64,000 nt of DNA from Schmidtea polychroa (taxonomy: Eukaryota). The notes below the pieces were generated by a model that worked only from the letters and a program-made list of their open reading frames with translations, searched no databases and was not told the DNA's origin. The stretch is taken from positions 195,610,001-195,674,000 of the forward strand of contig CM097885.1 in the NCBI GenBank assembly GCA_044892525.1. Reading direction: 5' to 3'. Below are positions 14,692-29,600 of this stretch, in pieces (position 1 is the first letter of the stretch; every line of letters begins with the position of its first letter). A program made the position numbers and the translations under genes.

Positions 14692-17600
14692 TCGCGTCTG
14701 TGTGCGTTTTTTACTTTGACATTGGAATAATTTGTGTGCGCACACAAACGCGGACAATTGTCAAGTTGTTATCACAGTTTTGGATTTCAGTTTTTCAATT
14801 TTTGGATTTATATCAGTTGTTTAAATTTGGTAGGTTCTGTGATTGTTTTGAAAATACAAAGGTTTTAAAAATTCGTTTATTAATTTCAAAATGGAAAAGG
14901 ATATTATGATTGTATGGAGTTTAGAAGATAGAAAACAGAGTGATGTATTATATGGACATTCAGAATCAATAACGAAATTAATCAACGAAACTAACTCATT
15001 CCTTGGAAGTGTGGATTTATGTGATTATGTAATCTCATGGAAATTAAATCTTGATCAAATGAAGTTGAATAAATTCAAATCAGCTGAAGGTTCAGAAATG
15101 ATTGACAGACACATGGAAATTTGGACACGAATCTCTATAAATCGGTCTTTATGCTTGTCGTTATCCCCGAGCATGAGTTATTACTAATTGAGGAATCAAG
15201 TCAAAGGCTTTTAGCTGATGCTTCGAAAGAAGATGATGCTCAATACAAGAGCGAGTTTATCAGAGCCAACATGTTCCGTTCGACATTTAAACATCTAGAA
15301 TAAAAGTTTCAAAACCAGTGAATCAGAAATGTTTTGTAATTTTCTTTGTGAAAATCTTAACGAAATATTTTGCTCGCATCTTAAGAAATGGTCATTCTAA
15401 GGTTACTTATCAGGTGTGAGAATTTCGAAACAAATTTTTACCTAATTGAAAATATAATTAATTATAAAAATTTTAACCGTTTTAAAATTTTAAAATATTA
15501 AATAATATAAAGTGTTAAACTATTGGAAATTGTATTTAATTTTAGCATTAGTTTAAACAAAATATTTTAATAAATAAGTCCAATACGATATTTCTGTATT
15601 TTATTATTCCATATTATACCAAACAAATTCAAACTCACCTGACATTTAATTCTGAATTTTATTTCTTCTTCTAATTGATTTTTCAACAATTCTAATTGAG
15701 TTTTCGATATTTTCGTGCCGAGATTTTGAGGTCGGAAAAACTGGGAACTGAAAAGACTATCGAAAGTTGGCAATTTGGAATTTACAGTTTTTATCAATTC
15801 GCCAGAAAGGTTGGAATTCATTTCCGATAACTAGAGGAAATTTGAAATAACATTAAGCTAGTTGATTTAATTTGTTGTTTATATTAATAATTAAAAATCT
15901 TTTTATCATAATATTGACGATATCCGTGAATTTAATCTCAGGTTACAGACATCAATTAACATTCATTATACAAAGATAAATATAAACTATAATTATGAAT
16001 GTATTTATATAATCTACTATGAATTTCGAGTTCATAATTTAATATTTCTAGACGTAAACAATTTAAACTATAAATAATGACATGCAGGATTCTGAAGAAT
16101 TTTAACGAAGAAAGAGGATAGGAATTTTGTTATTCACAATTCGCTGTATCAAAAGATTAATACTTGAAAAGGACTTCTATATTGCATTTATAAGACTGTA
16201 TTAATAATTTAATATGATTATCACTAAGTGATGTGTTTTGTATAAAATAACCTTTGTTATAAATAAGTAACTTACAATAATTTATTGTATATATATATAT
16301 ATTACACACTTAAAAATTAAGAAATTTCTAAGAAGTCGTGAGAGGAAATTCCTATACTATTCAGAAATAACTGATGTATATTTCATATAAGAACATTTTT
16401 CAATTTTCACCTCTGATTTCTTTTCAATTGACATTGTATTGTTCGTTGATATTGTTTGATAAATTATTTATTAGTAACTTACATCCAATTTTATACATAT
16501 TGAAAATAATTATTATTTTAAAATACATAAAATAAATGATAAATAATTAATAGATAATGAAATGTATTTTAAAATATACTTATGCCAGAGATTTCCGAAT
16601 TAGAGGACAAATAAACGGATGTGTCCACTAAAAGTATAATTTCTTTAAGCATATTTTAATTTTTAGAAACATTTCACTCTGTAATTAAAGCACACATGCA
16701 TAAAGATATATAATATTTTGTTTGGCTGAATAAAATTTGTTACAACTATGTCTCTTCTTAACAGTAGGTGTGAGGCGTTTTGTAATTTGTATTTAAATAA
16801 TGGTATGATGTTGTGCATGTTTGATTGTATGCTGAAATTCTTACTCATACATTAATTATTATTTTTTAGAAACTCCTCAAACAAATTAACGTTATAATTT
16901 GTTTTAATAATATGTGTTTTTTATAATAAACGTGTTTCAGTTATGGATTCTATTAATACCCGTAGCTCTGTGGCTAATAGTAGGTAAGGCAAATATTTTA
17001 TAAAAAAAACAATGCTCATAGTTTGAAATCTTTCTGTAATACCCTAGAATTTTATTATTAACGGATATTATTATTGAATAAATATTAAATAATTATACTG
17101 TGAATATTATTTATATGAACAAAATTTTATCTTTAAAAAATTTACTTATATTATTTTATGAAATTACTGGAGAACCAAAGATTTTAATTTAAAAAGCTAA
17201 AAGTTTAGAAAAACCACTGGCTTTGCTATACATAAATCAGTTATATTAAAGCAAATTAACAGTAAATTTAAAATTATAACTTTTTCTGAATGAGTACTAT
17301 ATAACAAAATGAATGAACGAGCTTGATTTATGTTAAATTTGGTAGTTTAATCAAATATTACACAGCCTAGTTTCCAGCAGGAAATGGAGAAACAAAAATT
17401 TTGATTTTTTATATTTATCTACTACTTTCAATACATTTATGCTTGAAAATATCTAATTTCTGTTTCAAATTCCTATTTGATAAAAATAAAATAATATTTA
17501 ATGATTCCCATGTTTTATTTATGGCAAAAAAAGAAAATTGATACATTTACAAATTCTGGTATGTTCAGTTAAACAAATAAATTGATAAGTTGATCATAGT

Positions 17601-20600
17601 TATTACGTATGTCAGTTTTAGTAATGAATTTAATTTCCATTAATTTCTTGTTCACGAAAATTACCGGAATAAATTTTGATATAATTAAAATGAAATCTTC
17701 AATATTTAGTATTTTGTTGTAATTAAATTTAACATTTGTTCGCATTACTCTGAGATATATAAAACTCATTAATGCACCTTTGAGAATAACGATTTCAACT
17801 CAAATCAGAAATTAGTAGAAACATTATTTTTCCCTTTAAATATTTTTATTAAAGGCATTGAAAATCTATAGTCCAAGGTAGTATTATTAAGTTTTTTATA
17901 ATTAATGTCAATTTTAGCGGTTTTATGGCCTTTAATCAAGCCAACGTTGAACAAAATTATATAATAATAATTAGAATTACAGTAAACCCTCCAACTGCGC
18001 GGTAGATACGTTCCACAAAAACAACGCGCAAACCGAAACCGCGCACTGTGAACCCGATTTTATATGTAATTATGGGGTTAGGTTCCAGATATTACAAAAA
18101 TATTAAAAAATATAATAAAAAGTCTTTATTCAACGACTAATATACATATTTACATTTATATAAACATAAAAACTAATAAAAACAGTCTCAATTCATTGCT
18201 TTTACATAATTAATATTACTATTATAAAAATTAATAAAAATTTAACATAAATAAAAATTATAAAAAACCTATTAAATCAAAATGAGTATTAAATCAAAAA
18301 CCAAAAATTTTATTTATACTTACTTTATAACACTCTTTAATTGATGTAATAATTTTTTATTACGGTTATATCTAATGCACACGAATAAGATTTTTTTGAA
18401 TTTAATACTAATATATTTTTAATTAAATAAACACTTGTATAAATATCTATTAATTAAAACTATGTAATTTTACATCCTAATCCTAACCACATCACTAGAA
18501 AAATGAAACTGCCTTTATTATTTTTATATAAAAAATACAATGCATCGAAATACGATGAATCACTATTTTCACTACCATATGTATTCGTAGTTTTACGGGA
18601 TTCACCATAAAAAATTAAATTGACATGATTTTTCTTGTTAAAATAGACAAAAACAAAAAAAACCGCGCAGCTACGAAATTTTTAGCGCGCAGATCGAAAT
18701 TTTGGTATTAAAGGTTTGGCCGCGCAATTGCGAAACCGCGCAATGAAAAACCGCGCAGTTGGAGGGTTTACTGTATTATTAAATTATAATTTACAAAAGA
18801 AAAATAATCCGTTAACCTACTACTGAAATAAATCATCTATAACAATTCAAGTACTGCAATGTGGCAACAGTTAATTATATATGTAATTGCTGCACGAATA
18901 CATTTGTTCATTCTTATTTTCACTAATTTTCATAAGAATATTCTTTATTCCATTTTATTTGAAATTATAATCTTTACATAATTATATAAAAATGATAATT
19001 TAATATAAATAAATTAAATAACAAAATATTTCTGGAAGGTTAGGTGTTGCGTGATTAACTGGACATAATTTCAACATTATACAGGTAAGGTTTAGCTGAA
19101 GATGTCAATTCTAGGAAATATTCATCGTTCGATTAAAATATATTCTTTTAAATTCGTTGTATGTATAATAAATTATTATATTAATTAATTTTAATAAGTT
19201 AAAATTAGAAATGTGTATTTTTTATCATAACATTGAAATAAGAGCATTCAGAATTTCTATTAAGAAATATCAATCATAAATTTGCACAGTTTTATTTTAA
19301 ATTTCTGAAATTCTGATAATAATTATGATAACCATATTTAAATTATATTTATTTTAAAATAATTAATATCAAAACCATTATTTTGGAGGAAATGTCATTA
19401 ATTTATATATGAGAATTATTAATAATTAAATTGGCAATAAATTTGAAAAATTAAATAATAATTATATCTATTTTATTATTTTTCTACATATTTACATGGT
19501 AGGTGTAAGGAAGAATGATAAATAAATATTACATAATTAATTAAACTAATCTATTGCATAATAATGTCAAAGTCGTAGTATAAAGATCAGAGTTTATTTA
19601 TTATGGTTGATTTTAGATGTTAGATTGTATGCATGCTTGTAGGTATTTTGAATGAATAATATATAAACCAATAAACTCCTTTTTAGATATTATGCAATGA
19701 AGAGCTATATAATAGACTCTATTAAATAGAGTGTTGGAGGTTTGTTTGGCTAAATAAAATTTGTTGCAACTATTTTTATTCTTGATAGTGGGAAGGCAAA
19801 TATTTTATAAAAACAATGTTCATAGTTTGATATTTTTGTGTAATAATATGTTTAATTTTAATATGTTTTAATGTGTTTTATTTTTTTAAAATTCTTTTGG
19901 GTATATTTTTTAATAGCATATCTATACACATAATATACATACAATTTAAATTTAAACAGTAAATAAGCTCGATAAAATAAACATATTGCAAATATTTAAT
20001 TATAATTAATTTTTTCGATGTTGTATTATGTTAATTTGTTGTAAATTAGTTATATTATAATCCAATTTTCAAACATTATCACCATACTGTGAAAATATAA
20101 TATTCACGATCTATTTCAAAAAAGCAATCATAAAATATATCGAAGATGGGCATAGCATCTATAAGGTGGCCTGAACTCTTATTTACAAGCGGGTAATATA
20201 TGGATTTTTAGGGATTTTAAAGATCTGATTTCCAACCAAATTTATACACGGACAAATTATATTGATGCCCTGTATACAATAAGCGGAAATCCAAAGACAC
20301 TCACGGTTTCAATATTAAATATATGGATTAGAAACTCATTGGACTCAACTTCATTGACAAAAACTATCAATTCTATCAATTCTTTGTCCTTTTCTGTGGT
20401 GCCTTAAGATCGACATATTGCAAAATATGAGGATTTTTAAGAGAAGTCAGAAATAAACTTAGTTCTAACATTATACAAGAAATTTATGACATCACTGATA
20501 AATGTGATAAATTGGATTTAATCAACAAATAAAAAATTTATTTAAAAAATTTGCGTGATTTTTAAATATTTTTACATATCACAGAATTTCAATAATCAAA

Positions 20601-23600
20601 ATAATGCCTATGCAAATATTATGCACATGTCTANNNNNNNNNNNNNNNNNNNNNNNNNNNNNNNNNNNNNNNNNNNNNNNNNNNNNNNNNNNNNNNNNNN
20701 NNNNNNNNNNNNNNNNNNNNNNNNNNNNNNNNNNNNNNNNNNNNNNNNNNNNNNNNNNNNNNNNNNNNNNNNNNNNNNNNNNNNNNNNNNNNNNNNNNNN
20801 NNNNNNNNAAATTATATATAAAATGAAAACCTTTGTTTAGTTTATACTATTCAAATTATAGACATATTAACATAATTTACCTGATTTGATATAATATAAT
20901 TCAGGAAGAGATATGATGAAAGGAAGCTGTCAAAAGTTATTTTTTTCTCTTCATTCAGACCATTAGAATGCGATTTTATGCTTGGTTCACTGATTGAATT
21001 CGGCACAGCTGAAAAGAAATAAAATATATTTAAATCTCATTTGAGATTAAAACAATTGACTTTGTCTATACAACGTAAATTTAATTAATTTATTAATTAC
21101 ATATTGGTTCTTTTTCAATTAGTTTAAAATGTTTGATAATTACTAATATGAAGTACTTAAAACTTTACAATAACTAGATTTTTTAATCAGCATTTTGACA
21201 TTTTTTATTCATTTTCTTCTGAAAATCGAAAAGTTTACAATTTATATAATATTACATAACATTTTTTTAAAATTATTATTATATATTTAATATTAAAGTT
21301 AATTACTAATATGCAACTTTTATTCTAATATTATCTAAAAATCAAAAACCACTATTAAATAAATTTAATTTATTTTATAGGAATTTTTGTCTAATACTAA
21401 CGGTAACGATAACTAAATTTACGAACCATATTATAAGAACTTTTTTTCCAATTTCACCACTTATATTTTTTCCATTTTATTTTATTTATTTAAAAGAGCT
21501 TGAAGACTATAAATCAGTAATATATCAAAAACATCGATATATTACAGATCTATAGTCTTCAAGCTAATTTATTATTATTGTTATCATATAGACTTACTAG
21601 AGTTTATGACTAATACATATAATAATGTGCTTGTTATTAAATGAGTGCTTAAAATAAATTATTATTATTTTTATTGATATTATATTTATTGTAGGAAATT
21701 TATTTTATATATTTTTTATTTAATATCTACCGAAGATATTAGTTTGTGAAGAAAAACTGTTTAATTACAAGAGGTTTTAGAAATAAAAAAAATCAACGCG
21801 TGTTTAATTGTTCATACAGTGTTTAAGGGTGTATGTGTGAGAATGTAAAACAATGCATAAATAGAAAAAGGCTTTAAATAACAAAAGTGAAGCATTTATC
21901 TGCAAAATGATGTGTTTTATTGTTTAGACAGTGCTTAGTTACCTCTATAGAGAAGACTGGAGCAGGAAATATAATGCTTCATTAAATACAATAAAAAATA
22001 AAATTTCTGCGCCTTTTATTTTATATTCTAATAGTGAAGATGGTTTGGATGGATATTTGTAGATTCAACAAGACAACCAAGGAAATATCATATATGTGTA
22101 GCTGAGACACTGATTCAAACTTTATTTAGGGCGTTTGAAAAATACTATTGTATTTAATTTTCAATGGGCCCTATTTTAATAAAATAGATAAATTAAATGA
22201 GTTAGCTAATTATGTAATAACTTGTTTAAAACAAGAAAAAATGTAGAGATAAATTATTCAAAAAAGAAATAAACAATAAATTATACAATTTTTTACATTA
22301 ATAATAAAAATAATATAAATTAATAAATAAATATAAATAATATAAATTTAAGTGACGTTAAAGTTTGTGCCGTTAAACTTTTAATTGTTACAATATTTCA
22401 TTATATTTCATTAAATCTTATTAATATGTTTAATTGACATTATATTTTTTAAATAATTGACTATGAATCAGTAAAGATATAAAAAAACATCGATATATTT
22501 ACTGATTCATAGTCAATGTTTTAATAAATATAATGTCAATTGAAAATGCAAAGAAATCAGAGATGAAAATCAAAAGATGTTCCTATAATATTATTAAAAT
22601 TACTCTTATAAATATATTTTCGTAGAAAGAAATATGGACAACTATTATATTTCCTGTATTATTTTTATAATGTTATAATTATTTTTATAAGACTTTCAAT
22701 TTTGAGTTTATTAATAGCAATTTTTATACTTTTAGTACTTTGGTTTTTTATTTGCATTTTTGTTAAATCTTTGAAACTTTGTAAATTAAATATTTTAAAT
22801 ATATTGAATTTATTATTAACTATGAGTCTAATAATTTCAGGTGGTGGGATTTATAAAACATTTTTATATACCAAAAATCCAATATTTCATTTTAATAAAC
22901 TATAAAAATTCAAATTAATTTCTTGTAATTATTTGCCATTCTTTTCAGATTTGACACTTTCTATGTATTAGATTAGTTGGATATTATTAATTACCCAATT
23001 TCGCCCGGGATAGATTCATTAGCACTTTTATTCATTATAATTACTTTCAGTTATACTGTTATTACAAATTTATTCCAACAGGTCGTTATACTCAATGGTC
23101 GTAGTTTCTTGATAATCATCGGCGATGATAAGCAATGTTAAGGGATTCTTCATCCTTGACATTCCCACATACAGCTGTCCACGTGAAATTCACTTTTCTG
23201 TCAAATCTAAGCATATGACTTTGATCAAAAGGAAAACGGTTGAAAATAACAAAGTTTATCTAGAAATGACTGTAAGAATAATATATGCAAATTCAAATCG
23301 TTACTGTTCTCCGTTTGTGAGAAGCTTTAGTAGCAAACATAAAACAGACAGACACTGATATTAACACCTTTTAGGGTATAGTTTAGAATTTTTTTAGAAT
23401 TTTTTTTTTTTAGAATTTTTTTAATTTATTTTATTATTTAAGAGTTTAAGATATTTATGAAATTCTTTCAATATTTCTCATTTATATCGTGTTTATTTCG
23501 TTTGTTAGATTTAAATAAAAAGGTTTAAATCATAACTTTACAAATTATTTCTTTTAATGGAAGAAATTATAAACAATTGACTTCAAATAATTGAAAATAG

Positions 23601-26600
23601 TGGCTTCTTTTCATTGAGAGTTTCAAATAAACAATGACGAAATTGAATCTGTCTCCCTTTTCAGAGATAACTCTACAACAAACTGCTAATATTAATGAGT
23701 TATGTGACCGAACAAATTTTTTCTTCAATTTTGTTTTAACCAAACAAATATTGATGAAAGTGAATCAGAGCCTTTGTTTTATTGTTTGCATTTAAACAAT
23801 GAAATACGGTTTTGTTGAGCAATTAATAAATATTTATTGGAATTTTACTGCCAGATTGATTTGATTTAGATTTTCTTTTCTAAATTACATTATTTCTACN
23901 NNNNNNNNNNNNNNNNNNNNNNNNNNNNNNNNNNNNNNNNNNNNNNNNNNNNNNNNNNNNNNNNNNNNNNNNNNNNNNNNNNNNNNNNNNNNNNNNNNNN
24001 NNNNNNNNNNNNNNNNNNNNNNNNNNNNNNNNNNNNNNNNNNNNNNNNNNNNNNNNNNNNNNNNNNNNNNNNNNNNNNNNNNNNNNNNNNNNNNNNNNNN
24101 NNNNNNNNNNNNNNNNNNNNNNNNNNNNNNNNNNNNNNNNNNNNNNNNNNNNNNNNNNNNNNNNNNNNNNNNNNNNNNNNNNNNNNNNNNNNNNNNNNNN
24201 NNNNNNNNNNNNNNNNNNNNNNNNNNNNNNNNNNNNNNNNNNNNNNNNNNNNNNNNNNNNNNNNNNNNNNNNNNNNNNNNNNNNNNNNNGGTAATTTGAA
24301 CCTTTAATTAAAATTTGAAGAAATATTTTGAAAATTACTTAACATTTTTTTTGATATATTGAAAAGAAAAACAAATCGATATTCTCTTTTTATTATTGGT
24401 TATTATTTATTTTTCTATTTTTAAATTTCATTTCCATTTCTTCATGCCTAATACAATTACTCAACGATTAAAATCAAATGCAGTGATTCAAATAATAATT
24501 CCGACATTTTACAGTCATTTATTTTTGTTTTAATTTTAATAATGAAATATTTTTTTCTTGAAAATATTATGTTCATTAATTTAATGTTCAATGTTTTTTT
24601 AGTAAGTATAATCAAATATTTATCAATTTTACCCTGATTTTAGATATATCAATAAAATGTGCAAAATAAATAATTTCAACAATTTAATTTTATAAATAAA
24701 TAAATTATAATCCAATAAAATCTTAATGTAAAAATTATTCTGAAATCCCTTGTTTGATTGATAATTTATTGCAATAGGAAATTGTCTAACTTCAGCGGTT
24801 AGAGAACGAAAATTTATTTTGATGTATTTATAGCAAAATATGACATATGTTTGTTTTTATGCTCTGTATTTTCTTTTATTAAGATACTCATTAAAAATGC
24901 TTCTTGCTTGATGTCAACTATCGTTTTTTTTGGATAAGAATATTTTCTGTCATTTTTCAATAGTTAAATAAAATGCTTTTTGAATACTTTCTAAAATAAA
25001 CATTTGATGAACTTTTGGGAGTGTTAGATTAATTAGATTAAAAAAATACCTCAAGTTATTGTATAAATAAAATTAAAAACTAATTCTTTTTATTTTATTA
25101 AAAATAGGCGTAATAATTTGAAATTGTTGATGTAAACTTACGAAATTAAAACAAAAATTTAAAATAGTTGATCAATGATAAAGAAGATAAAATAAGAAAA
25201 TAATTAAATGTAAATAAAAAGAATTAAATAATGTATATTATATCGTAAATAAAATAAAAATAATCTAGAAGTAAATTTATATATTTATTTCAAATTCATT
25301 TTGATTTTCATTAATTAAAGGTTTTTCAATGAGTTTGCCTTGCAAAGATCCGTGAAAACGTCTTTAGATTATAGAAACATTTTGTAAATATCTTAAGGAC
25401 CTTAATTCACTAGAATTTACATTAAATTGGCACGAAAAACTTTAAATAATTGGCTTTCAAAGCACGATTATCAGTGTCAAATATAATATTTGTCAGAAAA
25501 ACCTTTATTAATTCCAAGCTATAAAAATGATACAGTTACCTTGTTAGTTTTTTAATTTCTTGCAGTGTTCTGTAATGATAAAATAGTATTTTCTCTGAAT
25601 AGATTAGATAATTGCTTTCATTTTATTTCTACTTGTATCTGTATATTTTCTGTTTGTAAGACTTTTTAAAAAGTGTGAATGTTGATATCTTTGTTTAGAA
25701 ATTTTCTGATCTGTTTTTTTTTTACTTTTTTGTTTTGAAACCTTTTTTCGTCAAAAGATTTTGCTTGACCTTATTTTTCATTTTCTATACCATTTCTAAT
25801 CTTTTAAACAACTACTTTGCATAAATGGATTTTTTTATATTCTGTTATTGATAGTCCTACCATCTGCTGCCTTTTGGCCAGGACTGTCCCGGATTTTTGA
25901 GATTTTTCCCGTGTCCTGCGTTTAAGACAATTTGTCCCGGATTTTGAAAATTATGCAAAAGATTTTTCACTATATTTCGCAGATTATTTTTTATAACAAA
26001 ATGTTGAAAATGTTTTACCGCATGAAAAAAATTTAAAATAAAAATAACGTTTAATTTTAAAAACTTTTCACTCTCTGCCTTAAGAGTTTCCAGTGTTATC
26101 AAAAAAAGTTGTGAAGAGTATAATTTTCAATATTTTGCAAGAAAAATTAGAAAATTTATCGTACAATTACTTAATAAGACTGTTAAAGATGTAAGTTACT
26201 TTTTTTGAATTCATGATGATAGAAGAATATATTGTAAGTAATTATACGTTTTATTATCGTTTAATCAATGAATCATTGATTCAAAGAAACGCAAAAACCA
26301 CATGGATAAATAAATACAAAAAAGAGTTTAGCTTCCTGGATAAGACTAAAGAAGATGATTCAAAAGCATTCTGTAACATTTCCTCATCTACATTCTCTAT
26401 TGCTTACGGAGGTCGTGCTGACATTGTGGACCACTGCAAAACTAAACACCATCAATCGTCTGTAAATGCGATCATCACTCTATAATATAACTCAAATATT
26501 TGTTGTAATGAGTTTTACAAGAAAATTAAATCAAACTTTCAGTTGCTTGAAAAGATTCACTCACAAGAAAAGTATCAAAATTAAGAATTTATTGTTAATA

Positions 26601-29600
26601 AATATATTTTTTCATTATTAAATTAATTTGTTTTTGTGTCCCGGTTTTTTTGAAAATGTCCCGGATTTTTTCAAAAGGTTCATGGCAGGGATAGTTATAG
26701 AGCAAAAATCAACCAGTTTTCTTTCAATATAGAGATATTGACGGCTTTTAATTCATCGTTTATAGTTTTAGGTATTTTTAATAAAAATATATATTCATCA
26801 TAATACTTAAGAATACCGAAAAATTACCAGACAAAATTAAAATCTCGCAACTAACAGAATTTATTACTCATTTAATATTGTTGAGGATACCTAAATGAAA
26901 ATAACATAATAAATAAATTACCTGGGGCAAGATCGCCATGACAAACGGGACGATCTATGGGGACTCAGAAAAGAAAACGAAAGTAAAAAAAAATTAAAAA
27001 TAAGAAAGATAAATCAAATAAAAGGAAACAAACAAGAAATTAAAACAAAGGTCATTGTTAGTTAAGAAGTACAAATGAAGGTGGAATTTCAAATTCCAGA
27101 GAAACAAAATAAGGGAAAAAGCCGTATCTTGACAGCTTGTCAAAGATAGCGAAATTGTCGGAAGAAGGCGGCTTAACAAAAAAGGAAAATGGAAAAATAT
27201 CTGATATCTGTCAGAGATAAGTCTGACGTAGAGGAAAAGGAAAATGGTAAACAGACTGTCGCCAGTGCCACAAATAAAATAACTATATAAAGGAAAATTG
27301 GTGGACATGGAATTAGAAGAAAATTACAGACAAAGTGATGCGAAATTGAAAACAATTTGGAAGACGATTTGAGAGACGATTTGAGAGACGATTTTAGAGA
27401 TAAAGTTATTGGAGAAAATTAGACGTTGGATGAAACGTTGTTGGACAAACGATTGTCAAAATAATTGTAAAGGAAATAATTGTAGAGAATAATTATTGGA
27501 GAAGAGTTGAAGAAAAGAATTAGTTGAAAAATAAAGCGAAAAGAAGTTATTTGATTATTTGAATAAAGTTGTGAAGAAAGTCAAAGAAAACAACCAACTC
27601 AAAATCTCAGTTTAGAAACCAATCAGTAATTTGTGATCTTTTAATCCGGTGTTATATATAAGTGCTATTCCTCACCGAGTGTTGTAATAAGCATTGTATA
27701 GTCACCAAGCAGAGTGTTGAATTTATTGCCAGTGTAAAGAGAAAGATTATTTGTGATTAGCAATAAAGATTTCTGTTGTCAAGTGTTATTTGAGAATCGT
27801 AAAGACACTCTTGGAGTCAGAGTAACATTTAAAATTATGACCAACTCAAAATATCAATAACCCAACAATATTGAAGTGGATATATAAATAATGCATTAAA
27901 ACAAATGCCAATTTTTCAATGACTAAATTTGATTTCTTTCAACTTTTAAATTATTTTCATTACACCAATAAATCAAATTTGTTTTTCTTACGGAACAAAT
28001 TTTCGGCACTGTCTTTATCAGTTGTTAAATTTGATATTATATTCTAATGCATGATATTTTTTGTAACAAATTTATTTTATTGTCACCTTTAATTGAAATG
28101 TATGAAGCAGTATAAGAGATACTAGTTGCCTTATTTATTGGGAATGGTGTTTGTCAAATAAACATTTTTAAGAATTTGGTTATTTTAATAAAAAGAGCTA
28201 CAGAAAAAGAAAAACCAATTAAGGGAACAAATAAAAGCAGCATTCCCAACATTTAATATGAAACATTGATCAAACATTTTAGGGTAGATTTGTTGATATT
28301 ATAAACATAAAAGCTAATTTGATAAATTAATTTTTTATAGTTTTTATTAACTTATTTTTTAATTTTCTTAAATTTAAATTTTAAAATTATTGATGATTAT
28401 ACAATTAAAATTTATAAATTAAAATTTTATCAAAATTAAAACTCAATATTTCAAAGAAATCATAATTTTCTAAAGTTTAAGTTATAAAAATAAATTATTT
28501 ACTTGAAGTATTTTTTCCATTCATATATATTTTATGACGGTATTATTATATTGTCACTTCAATTACAAAAACGGTCACTTAATTTTTATTAAATTTGTCT
28601 CCTAAATTACATAATTGTGCTCTTAATTTAATTAAAATGTCTGTTAAATCAATTTAATGATCACTAGGCATTAATGATCCCTCAAATTAATTAATTGGTC
28701 TCTTTTAATTAATTTGTTTGACCGAATAATTTTAATTAAAACGCTATTAATTGTGATCACTAATTTTGAATTACCAATACTATTAATTTGAAAGTTAATT
28801 AATTGTGACCAATTTGTTGTTATCATTTGTTGACCAAATTAAACTCCAAAATTTAAAATTACCCTTCAGTCAGTGTCCGATTATCAAAGTGATGAATCAG
28901 ATGTAGAAGAAACCGGGATTCATCCTTGAGTTAAAGAGTTGATCGATGAGTACTACAAGTTAAAAGTACAAAACTTAATTGCCTTTGCTTTGAAAACTGT
29001 TTCAGAAAAGAAAGTTGGACGACCATCAAAAGAATAAAAGCCTGAGGAACCAACAATGGCACCAAGTAAAAGTACAAAACGCAAAGCTTCACTGGCCAGA
29101 GGGACAACAAAACGCCAGAAAACTTAAAACTTCTGCTAGGTTTACTCTAAAATGTTCAGTTAAATTTTGTGGTTAGTGTTTGTCGTATTTCTTATTTTCA
29201 AATTGTTTTCATTAAATTTCAAATAAACTTTTTAAACAGTTCAGTTTTCATTTTTATTTAAGTGACCATTAAAGTAATTTATGGAACCATATTTTGTAAA
29301 TTTAAGTGCTCAGTTTTATTTAATTAAAGTGACCAAATATATAATTTAAGTGATTGCATATGATTTATTAAGGTGAGCAAAGATTTTAAGTGATCATTTA
29401 TGTAATTTAAGTGACTGGATAAACGCAACCCTATATTTTATACGGGGAGTTAATAAGGTTCTACATTAATTGTTATTTCAATTACCTTGATTTCTGTATT
29501 ATAAAAGCGGATTTGTATTTATTTTTCAGGAAATGTTTAAAAAATTAGATTCCCATTTTTAATATTTCAAAACATTTTTTTCGATATTTTTAACTTCAAT

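Noticed and set aside
16718-19850. Shared segments at 16718-17040 and 19742-19850
   Set aside because: A real interspersed repeat, but with no termini or coding signal to classify it.
26994-27355. Phe/Leu-rich minus-strand ORFs (104 and 60 aa)
   Set aside because: Antisense readings of the purine-rich LTR U3.
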